Origin: an uncultured Planctomycetota bacterium
GTDB lineage: Bacteria; Planctomycetota; Planctomycetia; Isosphaerales; Isosphaeraceae
Direction: 5' to 3'
Length of the DNA: 64,000 nucleotides
NCBI GenBank assembly: GCA_963823665.1
Contig: CAWGMQ010000008.1
Coordinates: 1,920,001-1,984,000 of the forward strand
Of the stretch, positions 1-14,001 are shown piece by piece (position 1 is the first letter of the stretch; the number at the start of each line of letters is the position of its first letter). The notes under the pieces were generated by a model that searched no databases, was not told where the DNA came from, and saw only the letters and a program-made list of their open reading frames with translations. Both the position numbers and the translations under genes were made by a program.

Positions 1-2003
1 CCGCCGGTATAGGTGCCGCTCTGAATGTCGACGGTCGCGTCCGCACCGACGTTGAAGGTCGTGCCGCCCGAGAACGTGCCGGACGGATTCAGGTACAGAG
101 TCATCCCCTGGGGGAACTGGGGCACGTTGAGCGTGACGCCAGTCCCCGAGTCCGGCAGTGGGTCCAGGATACCGCTGCCGATCTGGATCGAAGACCCGGC
201 GCCGGTCACCGAGACGCTGCTGCCCGTCGCTGTGAAGGCGGTCGGCGCCGGCAGGATCAGCGTGCTGCCGCCGCTGACATCGATCGTGACGCCGCCGGCG
301 CTGGTGAGGCCGGGCAGGGTGAGCGTGCCGGCGGTGAGATTCAGCGTGCCGGTGACGGTCGTGAGCTTGGGAAGGTTCACTGTGGCTTGATTGGTGGCGC
401 TGAAGCTGACGTCCGGAGAGGCCAGGGTGGCCAGGGCCGACAGGTCGATCTCGCTGCCGGCGCCGGCGGCGACGATCTGCAGATCCTGGTTGGTCGAGGT
501 GACCGACGATAAAGCCGGCAGGAGCAACTGGCCCCCGTTGCTCGCGTTCAAATAGAGTGAGTTTTGCCAGCTTCCCAGGCTGGTCAAAGCCGGCAGGCTC
601 AAGGTAGCCCCGCTGCCGGTGGCCTGCAAGATCGCCGGCTGGCCGCCGCTGGGGATGCTGACGCTGGTCACACCGGAGAGCGTGGTCGTGCCCCCGGTGA
701 CGTCGATGCTGGTGTTGGTCAGCGTGGTCCACTGGCTCACGGCCATCGTGCCGGTGCCGTCGAGCGTCACCGTCTCGTTGGTCAGGCTGGTGAGCTTGGG
801 GTCGAGGACCGTGGCCTGATCGGTAACGCTGAATTCGCCCAAGAAGCCGGGCGCCAGGCTGGTCAAGCCCGACAGGTCGATCTTGCTTCCTGCGCCGGCG
901 GCGACGATCTGCAGATGCTGGTTGGTCGAGCTGACCGACGATAAGGCCGGCAGGAGCAACTGGCCCCCATTGCTCGGCTCGAAATAGAGCGTGCCTTGCA
1001 GGCTGCCCAGGCTGGTCAAAGTCGGCAGGCTCAAGGTAGCCCCGCTGGCGGTGGCCTGCAAAATCGCCTGTTCGCCGCTGGCGACGCTGACTTCGGTCAC
1101 TCCGGAGAGCGTGGTCGTGCCCCCGATGACGTCGATGCTGGTGTTGGTCAGCGTGGTCCACTGGCTCACGGCCATCGTGCCGGTGCCATCGAGCGTCACC
1201 GTATCGTTGGTCAGGCTGGTGAGCTTGGGGTCGAGGACCGTGGCCTGATCGGTAACGCTGAATTCGCCCGAGAAGCCGGGCGCCAGGGTGGTCAGGTCCG
1301 ACAGGTCGATCTTGCTGCCTGCGCCGTCGGCGAGAATCTGGATGTCCTGGCTGATCGCGGTGACCGACTCGAGCGCCGGCAGGAGCAACTGGCCCCCTTG
1401 GCTGGCCTCGAGATAGAGATAGCTCGTCAGTTGGCCCAGACCCGTCAGGGCCGGCAGGTTCAACGTGGACCCGGTACCGATCGCCTCGAACACGCCGTAA
1501 CCCGAGCCCGCGGGCATGGTGGCGGTGGTCAATTGCGGCAGGCTGAGCGTCGCCCCGGCTTCGGCCTCGAGGATCGCGCCGGCGACCGTCGTCGTCCCCG
1601 TGACGGTCAGCGAGACGCCCGAGCCGCTGGCCGTGAGCGAGCCGCCGGTCATGGTCAAGCCGCCGCTCAAGGTCGAACTCGCGGCCACGGACAGCGAGCC
1701 GCCGCTGATCGAGATCGGATCGGTACTGCTGATCGAGTTGACCGACTGCGTCCCCGAGGCGATCGCGATCGTGGGATTGCCGCTCATGCTGATCGTGACG
1801 TTGTCGCTCGGCCCCGGCACGGCATCATCCGACCAGTTGCTGGCATCCGTCCAGGTTGTCCCATCGCCTTGGCCCGTCCAGGACACATTCGAGAGGAGCG
1901 TCCGGGGCTCCAGGAATTCGACCGTCCAGTGAACCGCTCGGTGACGCGGCCGGCCGGACCGTGGAACTCCGCGACGAGCTGCTTCACGAAGTGTGCGCAC
2001 CAT
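1..2003 (-). CDS. Large secreted repeat protein with planctomycete LEPRxLL signal (partial, runs off the left edge)
   Basis: Hand translation from ATG at 2003 (GAGG upstream): MVRTLREAARRG...VEFLEPRTLLSNVSWTGQGDGTTWTDASNWS; followed by T/S/G/L-rich LPxLTSL-type repeats. Absent from the ORF track because there is no stop in the window. Confidence 0.85.
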   Translation of the reverse strand, partial: MVRTLREAARRGVPRSGRPRHRAVHWTVEFLEPRTLLSNVSWTGQGDGTTWTDASNWSDDAVPGPSDNVTISMSGNPTIAIASGTQSVNSISSTDPISISGGSLSVAASSTLSGGLTMTGGSLTASGSGVSLTVTGTTTVAGAILEAEAGATLSLPQLTTATMPAGSGYGVFEAIGTGSTLNLPALTGLGQLTSYLYLEASQGGQLLLPALESVTAISQDIQILADGAGSKIDLSDLTTLAPGFSGEFSVTDQATVLDPKLTSLTNDTVTLDGTGTMAVSQWTTLTNTSIDVIGGTTTLSGVTEVSVASGEQAILQATASGATLSLPTLTSLGSLQGTLYFEPSNGGQLLLPALSSVSSTNQHLQIVAAGAGSKIDLSGLTSLAPGFLGEFSVTDQATVLDPKLTSLTNETVTLDGTGTMAVSQWTTLTNTSIDVTGGTTTLSGVTSVSIPSGGQPAILQATGSGATLSLPALTSLGSWQNSLYLNASNGGQLLLPALSSVTSTNQDLQIVAAGAGSEIDLSALATLASPDVSFSATNQATVNLPKLTTVTGTLNLTAGTLTLPGLTSAGGVTIDVSGGSTLILPAPTAFTATGSSVSVTGAGSSIQIGSGILDPLPDSGTGVTLNVPQFPQGMTLYLNPSGTFSGGTTFNVGADATVDIQSGTYTG
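440..1480 (-). repeat. Intragenic tandem repeats of 429-432 bp (143-144 aa)
   Basis: GGCAGGAGCAACTGGCCCCC recurs at 517, 949 and 1378; the units are highly similar and frame-preserving. Confidence 0.9.
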
Positions 2004-2236
2004 GATCCTCGCTCCCCGGGACGAAAACCCTTGCACTTGCGGCCTCGACATCAACGCCGTGGAGACGCTCGGCCCGCCCTGCCGAACCCTCCGCCCCTCG
2101 TCGCGTCGTCAGCCATACAGGAGACGGCATCGTGACGTCGCGGACGGACACGTTTTTTCCAAGATTGTGTTCTCCGAGGCCGTGAGACATAATCGTTTGC
2201 TGGTAATCACGCAATCAGGCATGTTCAGGCCGAGGC

Positions 2237-2830
2237 ATGTGCGAGCCGAGGGGATTCCCGGAGCTGATCCGTCTGGCCCGGTGCGGCGACGAGGACGCGG
2301 CGGCCCGACTGACGCGCGAGTTCGAGCCGTTCATCCGGCGGTTCGCGCGGTTCCGGATGCGCATCAGGCCGGACCACCAGCGGCTGAGGCCGGAACTGGA
2401 CTCGGCGGATATCTGCCAGTCGATCTTCAAAAGCCTGTTCGTGGGCCTGCGGGGTGGGCGGTTCGAGCTGGATCAGCCCGAGCAGTTGCAGAAGCTGCTC
2501 AGTGCGATGGTGAGGCTCAAGGTGGCGAACCGGGCGCGGCGGCTGAGCGTGACCCTGCGCGAGGTGCTGGAGGTGGACGCGCCGCGAGAGCGGGTGGATT
2601 CGGGGTCTGGGCCCGAGAAGGCCGTGGATGACAGGGAGTTCCTGGATACGATCCTCAAGCAATTTGCGCCGGATGAGCTGGACCTGCTGATTCGCCGGCT
2701 GGACGATCAGCCGTGGCCGGCGATTGCCGAGGCGGCCGGCGGCACGGCCGAGGCCCTGCGGAAGAAGCTGGCGCGGGCCCTGGAGCGGGTTCGGGACCAT
2801 CCGGCGCTGCACGACTTATTCACGGGCTGA
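2237..2830 (+). CDS. ECF sigma-70 factor, planctomycete kinase-associated type
   Basis: LIRLARCGDEDAAARL, DSADICQSIFKS, and a C-terminal HTH (IAEAAGGTAEALRKKL). Confidence 0.9.
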   Translation: MCEPRGFPELIRLARCGDEDAAARLTREFEPFIRRFARFRMRIRPDHQRLRPELDSADICQSIFKSLFVGLRGGRFELDQPEQLQKLLSAMVRLKVANRARRLSVTLREVLEVDAPRERVDSGSGPEKAVDDREFLDTILKQFAPDELDLLIRRLDDQPWPAIAEAAGGTAEALRKKLARALERVRDHPALHDLFTG

Positions 2831-2857
2831 GACGCCGCGAGGGGACGGGATTTATCC

Positions 2858-5813
<2,956 letters not shown>

Positions 5814-5917
5814 CTGGGTCCCGATCTGGACCTGCTTCGCTGGGCCGAGGAGTCGTAGGAGGCGATCGTCGGCAACAATGCGGTAGAGATGAGAGCGCGA
5901 GGGGCGGATGTTGACTC

Positions 5918-5941
5918 GGTTCAAATCCAGTCGCCCCGACT
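5918..5941 (+). other. Orphan tRNA-Pro-like 3' fragment (probable att site)
   Basis: GGTTCAAATCCAGTCGCCCCGACT matches a T-arm plus a Pro-type acceptor 3' strand; no D or anticodon arm is recognisable upstream. Confidence 0.7.
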
Positions 5942-5953
5942 CGTTGTAAACAG

Positions 5954-5995
5954 AAATCCCGTCAACAGTTCCTGTTGCAACTGTTGACGGGATTT
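5954..5995. terminator. 17-bp perfect inverted repeat, putative terminator
   Basis: AAATCCCGTCAACAGTT-N8-AACTGTTGACGGGATTT, directly after the tRNA fragment and between convergent genes. Confidence 0.7.
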
Positions 5996-6128
5996 GAACT
6001 TTCAAGTACTTCTATTGCGACCAGCCAAGCGCGCGATCACGCCAGTAAGCCGCTCAAACGTCTTCTCACGACGAACTTCTGCTCCGCGGAGCTTGGCGTT
6101 CACCGGGCAGCCCTGCTGAACGCCCGCC

Positions 6129-6521
6129 CTACCAGCGCCCGAGCTGGGTGATTTGAATGAGGTTGCCGCAACAGTCGTTCAGCTTGACGATGGTCGCGCC
6201 GGTCACGTCGGATGGCGCCATGGTGAACTCGGCTCCGCGCGCTTTGATGCGCTCGTAGTCCGCCTTGACGTCATCGGAAAAGAACATGGCCGCGGGCTGG
6301 CCCTGCTGGAACATGGCCTGCTGGTAGGCCTTGGCCGCCGGGTTGTCATTGAGTGCAAGCTGGAGCTCGGTTCCGTCCGGGTCCTCAGGTGAGGCCACGG
6401 TGAGCCAGCGATACGGCCCCTGGCTGAAATCTGACTTCTTGGCAAAGCCCAGCACTTCGGTGTAGAAGCGCAGAGCCTTCTCCTGATCGTCCACGTACAC
6501 GCTTGTCAGCTTGATCTTCAT
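6129..6521 (-). CDS. VOC/glyoxalase family protein
   Basis: MKIKLTSVYVDDQEKALRFYTEVLGF...DCCGNLIQI. Confidence 0.9.
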   Translation of the reverse strand: MKIKLTSVYVDDQEKALRFYTEVLGFAKKSDFSQGPYRWLTVASPEDPDGTELQLALNDNPAAKAYQQAMFQQGQPAAMFFSDDVKADYERIKARGAEFTMAPSDVTGATIVKLNDCCGNLIQITQLGRW

Positions 6522-6617
6522 TGGTTTGTCGCTTTCTTCACGGTTGTTGGTGCTTTCTTCATGGATAACGTCACGCGCGCGTCACCTGGAGGGCGGTCGA
6601 CAGCCGGCTGTGCGCGG

Positions 6618-7028
6618 TCAGGCGCTCGCCTGAGTGGCGTGCAGGAGGCGCCAGAAGAAGTACGAAAACCCCCAGAGCACCCCGGTGCCCGCCGCCCAAC
6701 CCCACGCCTCCGGGCCGTCGCCGACCGCGAGGTGGGCGATGAGGGCAGAGCCGAGGTTGATGGCGAAGCCGGCGTAGGCCCACTCTTTGAGCCTCGCCGG
6801 CGCCGGCGCAAGCAGCAGCACCACGCCGAGCAGCTTGGCCCACGCAAGCTCCACGCGGAAGTAGGCGGGGAAGCCGAGGTGATTGAACGCCTCCGCCACC
6901 TGTGGCAGGCGCAGTTGCGCGTAGGCCGTGAAGCCACTCTGCAGGCAGAAGAGCGCCGTGACGATCCAGAAGCTGATGACTATCCCTTTGGTGCGAGGCA
7001 CGTGCAGGCCCGATACGACAGTGCTCAC
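6618..7028 (-). CDS. DoxX-like membrane protein
   Basis: HLGFPAYF...AKLLG...RLKEWAYAGF; four hydrophobic segments. Confidence 0.85.
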   Translation of the reverse strand: MSTVVSGLHVPRTKGIVISFWIVTALFCLQSGFTAYAQLRLPQVAEAFNHLGFPAYFRVELAWAKLLGVVLLLAPAPARLKEWAYAGFAINLGSALIAHLAVGDGPEAWGWAAGTGVLWGFSYFFWRLLHATQASA

Positions 7029-7154
7029 GATTTATCTCCTTTAAAGAAAGTCTGAAGAGTCCAATGGAATGGTGCTTGTCACACCCTCCCCGTCTTGTTC
7101 GTCAGTATGATGACGGATGACCGCGGGAAAAGGTGACGAAGATGGAGAGTCAAA

Positions 7155-8051
7155 ATGACTGAGGATGCGTGGCTGGCCGAGAAGTTCGAAGAGAATCGTC
7201 CCCATTTACGGGCAGTCGCCTGCCGGATTCTCGGTTCGAACTGGGAAGCGGACGACGCCGTCCAGGAGGCCTGGGTGCGCCTCATGCGCTCCGACGCCAA
7301 GAGTACTGAAAATCTTGGCGGTTGGCTCACGACCGTGGTGTCCAGAGTTTGCCTGGACATGCTTCGGTCGCGCAAATCCAGAAAAGAAGAATCCCTTGAG
7401 GAACAAATTCTGGAAGAATCGGAGAACCCGCGCCAGGCCAATCCCGCTGAGGAAGCCCTGCTGGCTGACTCGGTTGGCTCCGCCCTGCTGATCGTTTTAA
7501 GCACCTTGACTCCCGCCGAACGGGTAGCCTTCGTGCTGCACGACTTCTTCGACCTGGCCTTCGAGGAAATCGCCCCGATCGTGGGCCGATCGGAAATTGC
7601 CGCCCGGCAGCTCGCGAGCCGTGCCCGGCGGCGGGTGAGAGGAGGCCAGGATGGCCGGGAAGATGAAGCGAGGAAGCGGGAAATCGTCTCTGCCTTTCTG
7701 GCCGCCTCCCGCGAAGGCAATTTCAACGCCCTGCTTCAATTGCTCGATCCCGAAATCTTGCTTACCGCGGATGATGTGGCCGTCAAAGTCACCGAAGCCA
7801 ATAAGGCCAAGGGCGCGCTGCCCCTCCACAGCGAGATGCGGGGCGCGACGGTGGTGGCCGAAGCCTTCAAGGGCCGGGCGTTGGGCGCCCAGCTAGCCCT
7901 CATCAATGGCTCCGTGGGAACCACCTGGATCGGCGGTGGAAAACCCCGGGTGGTTTTCCTGTTCTCCATTGAAGATGGGAAAATTCAGGCGATTGACGTG
8001 GTCATGGACCCGGAGGATTTGAAGGAAATGGAAGTCGAGCCTTTGGGTTAG
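7155..8051 (+). CDS. ECF sigma factor with SnoaL-like C-terminal extension (ECF41/SigJ-like)
   Basis: EADDAVQEAWVRL, LTPAERVAFVLHDFF, AARQLASRARRRV, AFLAASREGNFNALLQLLDP. Confidence 0.9.
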   Translation: MTEDAWLAEKFEENRPHLRAVACRILGSNWEADDAVQEAWVRLMRSDAKSTENLGGWLTTVVSRVCLDMLRSRKSRKEESLEEQILEESENPRQANPAEEALLADSVGSALLIVLSTLTPAERVAFVLHDFFDLAFEEIAPIVGRSEIAARQLASRARRRVRGGQDGREDEARKREIVSAFLAASREGNFNALLQLLDPEILLTADDVAVKVTEANKAKGALPLHSEMRGATVVAEAFKGRALGAQLALINGSVGTTWIGGGKPRVVFLFSIEDGKIQAIDVVMDPEDLKEMEVEPLG

Positions 8052-8416
8052 CCCGGTGTTGTCGCCGGAACCGAGCTGTTTGGGCTCACGCAAAGGCGCA
8101 TCGGCGCGTACAAGAATCGCAGGGCAGATCGTCCAGGTCGGTTGAACGGCGTTCGTCTCATGATCTTGCGCACTGCACCGAGACGCTGCGCGATCATCAA
8201 GAATGAGACGGCAAGCAGTTCACTGACAAACGTGGCTTCTCGGCCCCATCCAGCGGGGTTAACAGGTCTCCACGCGGCTCTCCGCGGCGTGCTGCAAGCA
8301 GGGTGGACGTAGGCGGGGTACGGGTCACGTCGGATGGCATTCGAGAACAGGTCGATCACCGTTTGGATCTCCCACACAAAGGGGCTTGTCCTGCCTCGAC
8401 ACCCTGCTCACGCTGA

Positions 8417-9388
8417 TCACGCGATCGCAGTCGTTTCATCGCCTGGGGTTCTGAGCAGATCGCGCAACGCGTTTTCCAAATGAGGAAACTGAAACTCGAA
8501 CCCTTCCTGTTGAAGACGTTCCGATACCACGTAACGTCCATACAACGCGAGCTCCGGGTCAGTTCGCATGAGCAACGGTGCGCCGATGCGAACCATCCAC
8601 GAAAACGCCGGCAATCCTATCGGCATTCCAACGACGCGTCGCAGCGTTTTCATGAACTCTCGCTGCGAAACCGGGTTGGGAGATGACGCGATGTAGGCCC
8701 CTTGCATGCGGTCACTCGTGAACGCGCGTTCGAAGAGGCGATTCAGATCGGCTTCATGAATCCAGCTCATCCCCTGCATGCCCGATCCAACAGTGCCACC
8801 CAAACCGAATCGCACCAGCGTGAGCAGGCGAGCCAACGCACCACCGCCCGCGCCGCGGTTGCGACCGATGACAAAGCTTGTCCGAAGAACAACTCGACGC
8901 TGCGTGGGCAACGCATTCTGTTCAAATTCACATTCCCACGCTCGGCCGACAAACGGTGCAAGACCAAAGCCGAAAGGCGAATCCTCGGTGCAGGTGATTC
9001 TGGGCGGATCACCGTAGATGTGCGCCGTACTCATCTGTACCCAGGTCTGAGGCGGTACCATTACGGACCGGACCGCGAGGCCCAGTGCCCGTGTCGCTTC
9101 CGTGCGAGAGCGGAGAATCTCATCCTGATGGTCCGGGGTCTTGATGCAATCGACGCTGCGACCGACCAGATTGACCAGACCGCACGAGCCCTCCAGTGCT
9201 CGACTCCACTCCCCCAGTGTGCGAGCGTCCCAACTGAAGTGCGACCAGGGGCCGGCGCGGCGCGGCGGATGGCGAGAGAGGATCGCGACGGACCAACCCT
9301 TGTTCGTCAGATGCGAAGCAAGGGATAACCCCAGGAATCCACTTCCTCCGGCGATAACGACGCGGCCACGATCAGCATTCGCCTGCAT
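8417..9388 (-). CDS. TIGR01777/DUF1731 NAD-dependent epimerase family protein
   Basis: [22 protein letters not shown], and the C-terminal [18 protein letters not shown]. Confidence 0.9.
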   Translation of the reverse strand: MQANADRGRVVIAGGSGFLGLSLASHLTNKGWSVAILSRHPPRRAGPWSHFSWDARTLGEWSRALEGSCGLVNLVGRSVDCIKTPDHQDEILRSRTEATRALGLAVRSVMVPPQTWVQMSTAHIYGDPPRITCTEDSPFGFGLAPFVGRAWECEFEQNALPTQRRVVLRTSFVIGRNRGAGGGALARLLTLVRFGLGGTVGSGMQGMSWIHEADLNRLFERAFTSDRMQGAYIASSPNPVSQREFMKTLRRVVGMPIGLPAFSWMVRIGAPLLMRTDPELALYGRYVVSERLQQEGFEFQFPHLENALRDLLRTPGDETTAIA

Positions 9389-9496
9389 CCCGCGGTACTC
9401 CAAGAAACGGAGAAAAAGGCGGACACCTCTCGTAACCGGACTCAGGCTGTCAGCCTTAACAAGAATCTCATGCCGATGCTGACAAACTTCAAGGCT

Positions 9497-10061
<565 letters not shown>

Positions 10062-10088
10062 AACGTAAGGCTCCCGATAGTGCATTGG

Positions 10089-10334
10089 CTACTGGTTTCG
10101 GCTCTGGAAGCGCTCGTCCAGATTCGCGAGCTGGCTCGCGAGCCCCTGAGAGGCCAGCCCTGTGAATTCGTCGTCATGCATGGGGCTGAGCGTGACCACC
10201 ATGCGCACCCATTCGCCGGACGGGAAGAAGTCGACCATGATTGCGCTTTCATAAGGCTCGACACCCGGTACAAAATCGATCATTTGAGTGAGCACCAATC
10301 GTTCCAGAGGCCGAAACTCGGAGAACCGGCCCAC
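10089..10334 (-). pseudogene. SRPBCC/AHSA1-like protein, C-terminal half only
   Basis: GRFSEFRPLERLVLT...GLASQLANL; sits immediately after ArsR as in ArsR-SRPBCC operons; N-terminus missing. Confidence 0.65.
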
Positions 10335-10685
10335 TCATGTGTCTCGCTCCTTGTGAGAGGTTTTCGATTTCTTGCGTTTCTTTTCGAGCGCTTCTTCGAG
10401 TCGGTCAAGGCGTGCTTCCCAGAGGTCGCGGTACTGGGCCAGCCACCTGTCGAGCTCGCGAAAAGGCTCAGGCTTGAGAGAGTAGAGCCGCCGCTGTCCC
10501 TCCGGCCGCACGGAGACAAAGCCCGTGGCGTGGAGGATGTGCAGGTGACGCGACACACCCGACTGGTGAATCCCTGCCCTGGCGACGAGGTCATTGACCT
10601 GCTGCTCACCATGCCGCAGGGCTTCCACGATGCGTCGGCGCGTCGGGTCGGCGAGGGTCTGGAAGGTGTCTAGTTGCGTTGGCAT
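10335..10685 (-). CDS. ArsR/SmtB family transcriptional regulator
   Basis: FQTLADPTRRRIVEAL, QSGVSRHLHIL, GQRRLYSL. Confidence 0.9.
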   Translation of the reverse strand: MPTQLDTFQTLADPTRRRIVEALRHGEQQVNDLVARAGIHQSGVSRHLHILHATGFVSVRPEGQRRLYSLKPEPFRELDRWLAQYRDLWEARLDRLEEALEKKRKKSKTSHKERDT

Positions 10686-10982
10686 GTATATACAGTACGG
10701 TGCATATACAGGGCGCGTCAAGCCCCTTGCCGACGCGTTTTCCGCGACTTTTCATTTTGCGGGCATTTCGCCGGTCATTCGCCGCCGCCGTCGGGCTGCA
10801 ATGGCGTGGTCCCGATCGATGGACGACATTTTAGCGCGAGGACGCGGTCGACGCCGAGGGTGCCGCGCTACGCGCGGTCTTCGCTGCGTGGCCTGTCGCG
10901 GCCGGCCCGCTGCGCCGACGACGAAGTCAACGGAGTCGTGTCCATTGGGCCATCGCCGGGATGCGGGTGACGCGACCCAAGG

Positions 10983-11906
10983 TCATTGCCCCGCAGCCGG
11001 GTTGATCCGGGGGTCGTCGGCATCGAGGCCGAACCGGGCGCAGTAGCGGCGCATGCTGGCCTGCGCGTCGACGTTGTCGGGGTCCACAGCCAGCGCCCTC
11101 CGGTACTCGTGGTAGGCTGCATGGTCCAGGCCCCGGCGTTCGAGCAGCAGGCCCATCAGCGCGAGGGCCTCGGGGGCATCCGGGTGGGTGTCGATCACCC
11201 GATCGAGCAGGGTTGTTGCCAGGTCGAAGTCGCGGCGATCCATGGCGACCTTGACCGCCGTCAGGTCAACGGCCGGCCGGCCCTGGGCGACGGCGGCCGC
11301 GGGCCCGGTGCGTCCCTCCGCCGGGCGGGGTCCGGGTCCGCGGCCCCGGGCCGCCTGTCGCTCGACGACGTCCGAGACCACCCGGCGTAGGTCCACCGGC
11401 GTCAAGGGCTTGCACAGGAGGTCGACGGCCCCGAGCTTCATCGCCTCGACGGCGTCGGGGACCGTGCCGTAGGCGGTGACGATGATCACCGGAGTATCGT
11501 CGCCGATCTGTCGGAGGTGGCGCAGGGTCTCCAGCCCGTCGAGCAGCGGCATGCGGAGGTCGAGGAGGATCAGGTCCACGGGCGTATCGCGTAGGGCCTT
11601 CAAGGCCGCCTCCCCGTCCGTGGCCCCGATGACCTCGCAGCCGTCGGCCTCGAGGGTCGCCCGGGCCATCAGGTGGATGCCCGGCTCGTCGTCGACGACC
11701 ATGATCCGCGGCGCGCGGTTCGCGGTTCGGCCATCACTCCCGACTGGGCCTACGCCGGGGTTCGACGGGGAGCCACCGTCCGATCGTTGCGAGGCCGTCG
11801 CGGGTTCGACCCCGCGGCTCGCCGGCCCGTCCACGGGTGCGCTTTCGAGACGCCCCAAGACGAGGACGTCGCGGGAATGTCGTTGAAGTTGGTGCAGCCT
11901 GGCCAT
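10983..11906 (-). CDS. Response regulator receiver plus TPR domain protein (start uncertain)
   Basis: IMVVDDE, LILLDLRMP, VTAYG, KP, followed by TPR-like helices (YRRALAVDPDN). Confidence 0.8.
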   Translation of the reverse strand: MARLHQLQRHSRDVLVLGRLESAPVDGPASRGVEPATASQRSDGGSPSNPGVGPVGSDGRTANRAPRIMVVDDEPGIHLMARATLEADGCEVIGATDGEAALKALRDTPVDLILLDLRMPLLDGLETLRHLRQIGDDTPVIIVTAYGTVPDAVEAMKLGAVDLLCKPLTPVDLRRVVSDVVERQAARGRGPGPRPAEGRTGPAAAVAQGRPAVDLTAVKVAMDRRDFDLATTLLDRVIDTHPDAPEALALMGLLLERRGLDHAAYHEYRRALAVDPDNVDAQASMRRYCARFGLDADDPRINPAAGQ

Positions 11907-12219
11907 GTTCCACCTCGATCCGCAAGAGAGGAGCCCAGCGACGGCGTCGACCGGCCGCCCCCCCGCCCGACCGGTCCTTACACGACCGAGTATAGCTGCT
12001 GTGGGACGGCCGACAACTCGGAAGCGACGGCGAGGCCATCCGTAGCGGCACCGGACGGCTACGATCCACCGGCATCCAGTGACTTCAGACCGTATTGGTG
12101 CACGCTTCGGTCTGATCGACCGAAGCGTCGGCAGGACACATACGCCTGAGCGGTGGCCGGCGGAATCAGCACTCTCCGAACCGCATGGACCCGAGCGGTC
12201 GTCATCTGTCACGAGCGGC

Positions 12220-12470
12220 CGCGACATACTTGTAAAGCGTCGGCCTTGAGATGGTGACCGCCTTGCAGATTTCGTCAATTGTGTGTTTCTTCTGCCGGAA
12301 CAGATCGACGGCCATGGCAGGCTCCTTGTCACCAAGCTTTGCCGCCTGCCACCTTTCCTGGCGCGTGCGCTCGCGGCGGCGAGCTCCGCGTTCGTCCGTT
12401 CGCGGATCGGGTTAGGCTCAAACTCCGCGAGCGCTCCAAAGATGTGAAACACCGGCTTGCCGCACGGTGC
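12220..12470 (-). pseudogene. Serine resolvase/invertase C-terminal remnant
   Basis: GKPVFHIFGALAEFEPNPIRERTNAELAAASARARKGGR, then a degraded HTH. Confidence 0.8.
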
Positions 12471-12561
12471 GGAGAATCAGGTATGTTGTCGCCGGAACGG
12501 AGTTGTTGGGGGCTCACGCAAACTCGTTACAGCGCGGAATGAAGCACGGAGTGAAGAGATA

Positions 12562-12890
12562 CACGGAACGAGGAAGCGAAAGGCGCAGAGCGATAGGCGG
12601 AGATGGGCTCACGCAAAGGCGCCAAGGTCGAGAAGGCGCGAATCGAACATGCAGGCGCTGTGATCAGGTTCTGTTGAACGGCGGGAGTTCAATTCGACGG
12701 AGTTCAGGGATCGCACTTATTCTTGTCATGCACGGAACGGGGGAGTAAAAGGCGCAGAGCGATAGGCGGAGATGGGCTCACGCGAAGTCGCAAAGGCGCC
12801 AAGGGGGAGAAGGCGCGAATCGAACATGCGGGCACTGTGATCAGGGTCAGTTGAATGGCGGGAGTTCGATTCGACCGGTCTCGGGGATCG
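12562..12890 (+). repeat. Two imperfect tandem units of about 169 bp
   Basis: CACGGAACG...AGGCGCAGAGCGATAGGCGGAGATGGGCTCACGC...CGCGAATCGAACATGC...GTTGAA.GGCGGGAGTTC at about 12562 and 12731. Confidence 0.85.
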
Positions 12891-13163
12891 GAGGGATGGC
12901 ATCTGGGACGTCGTTGGGGCCCAAGCTGACACGGTACAAGAATCGCGGGGCGGAGGGAGTCTGTAGGGTAGCTGAGGGAGACACGCCGCTCTTGCACGAG
13001 GTGGAGCGGACTTACGCGGACGTCTTCAGGGCTCTAGTGCTCCGGCGAAGACTTTGAAGTAGGATGCGAAGCGAGCAATGTATTGGACGCAGGACTCGCT
13101 GGTCTGTGGCGTGAAATTGCGGAGGGTCGCATCCTCGATCATGCGGCGGCGCAAGGGTGTCAT
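12890..13163 (-). pseudogene. Tyrosine integrase N-terminal (SAM-like) remnant, copy 1
   Basis: MTPLRRRMIEDATLRNFTPQT..., frameshifted and truncated. Confidence 0.8.
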
Positions 13164-13448
13164 GTGGGGCTCCTTTGCGCGTGAACCGGATTGAGTGAGA
13201 GACAATCCGTTCACGATGCCACAACTGAGCAGAGAAGGGGCACATCAAGACCAGCGCACGGAGAAGGAAGCCGCGCGCAGCGAGGCGGACGACAGCAGCA
13301 CAGGGAGAAGACAGTCGAGGAGAAGCGCAGATGCGCCCAGAGGTCGAGCTGAAGCTCGTTCTAGCCCATCGCGGAGCGGTTTAGTTCAACACCGATTCGA
13401 GAACGCCAAACGTTGACCAAAATTCTGGTCTGGTCTACAATTTCCCGC

Positions 13449-13772
13449 ATGGCGTGGAGCGTGGAACTGAAAGAGTCGGTGCTCGACGACCTCCGCTGGT
13501 TTGGGAAGAAGAACGCGCGTCAGCTTCTCCAGGCGGCGCTCGAGCGGCTGGAAGAAGACCCGCTAACCGAGACTCGCCAAATGAAGACGTTGCGGCCGAA
13601 TTCCGTCGCTGGACGCGAACTGCGGCTCTTCGGAAAGTACCGCGTGCTGTTCCGGGTCGATGCGCCCTCGCGGGTGGTCACGATCGTTCTTGTCGGAGAG
13701 AAGCGGGGCGAGGTGTTGCTCGTTCAAGGGAAGGAGTATGCCGAACACCATGAAACTGATACCTTTGAGTGA
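13449..13772 (+). CDS. Type II toxin, RelE/ParE superfamily
   Basis: MAWSVELKESVLDDL...RELRLFGKYRVLFRVD...VTIVLVGEK. Confidence 0.85.
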   Translation: MAWSVELKESVLDDLRWFGKKNARQLLQAALERLEEDPLTETRQMKTLRPNSVAGRELRLFGKYRVLFRVDAPSRVVTIVLVGEKRGEVLLVQGKEYAEHHETDTFE

Positions 13773-13989
13773 AGCCAAGGCGCACTTGAGCCAGTACGGG
13801 CGATTGTGCCACGACGAGCCCGTTATCGTCACGGTGAACGGTGTACCCTCATTCCAACTCGTTCCCCTGGAAGAGGACGACGACCTGATCGGCCGCTTGC
13901 TCGAGCATCATCCGTCGTTTCGCAAGATGTTGGAGGCCCGGCTCCGGGAGAGGAGCGTCACGGCTCGTGAGGCGCTAAAGCGGCTGTGA
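13750..13989 (+). CDS. Type II antitoxin, Phd/YefM family
   Basis: MKLIPLSEAKAHLSQY...EPVIVTVNGVP; overlaps the 3' end of the toxin gene. Confidence 0.85.
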   Translation: MKLIPLSEAKAHLSQYGRLCHDEPVIVTVNGVPSFQLVPLEEDDDLIGRLLEHHPSFRKMLEARLRERSVTAREALKRL

Positions 13990-14001
13990 AGGCGCGGGAA
14001 A

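Noticed and set aside
5870..5945. Complete tRNA gene
   Set aside because: No D arm, anticodon arm or matching 5' acceptor strand; only the 3' fragment is present.
10983..12452. 489-aa resolvase-response regulator fusion
   Set aside because: A chance open frame links a resolvase relic through non-coding-looking sequence to the regulator.
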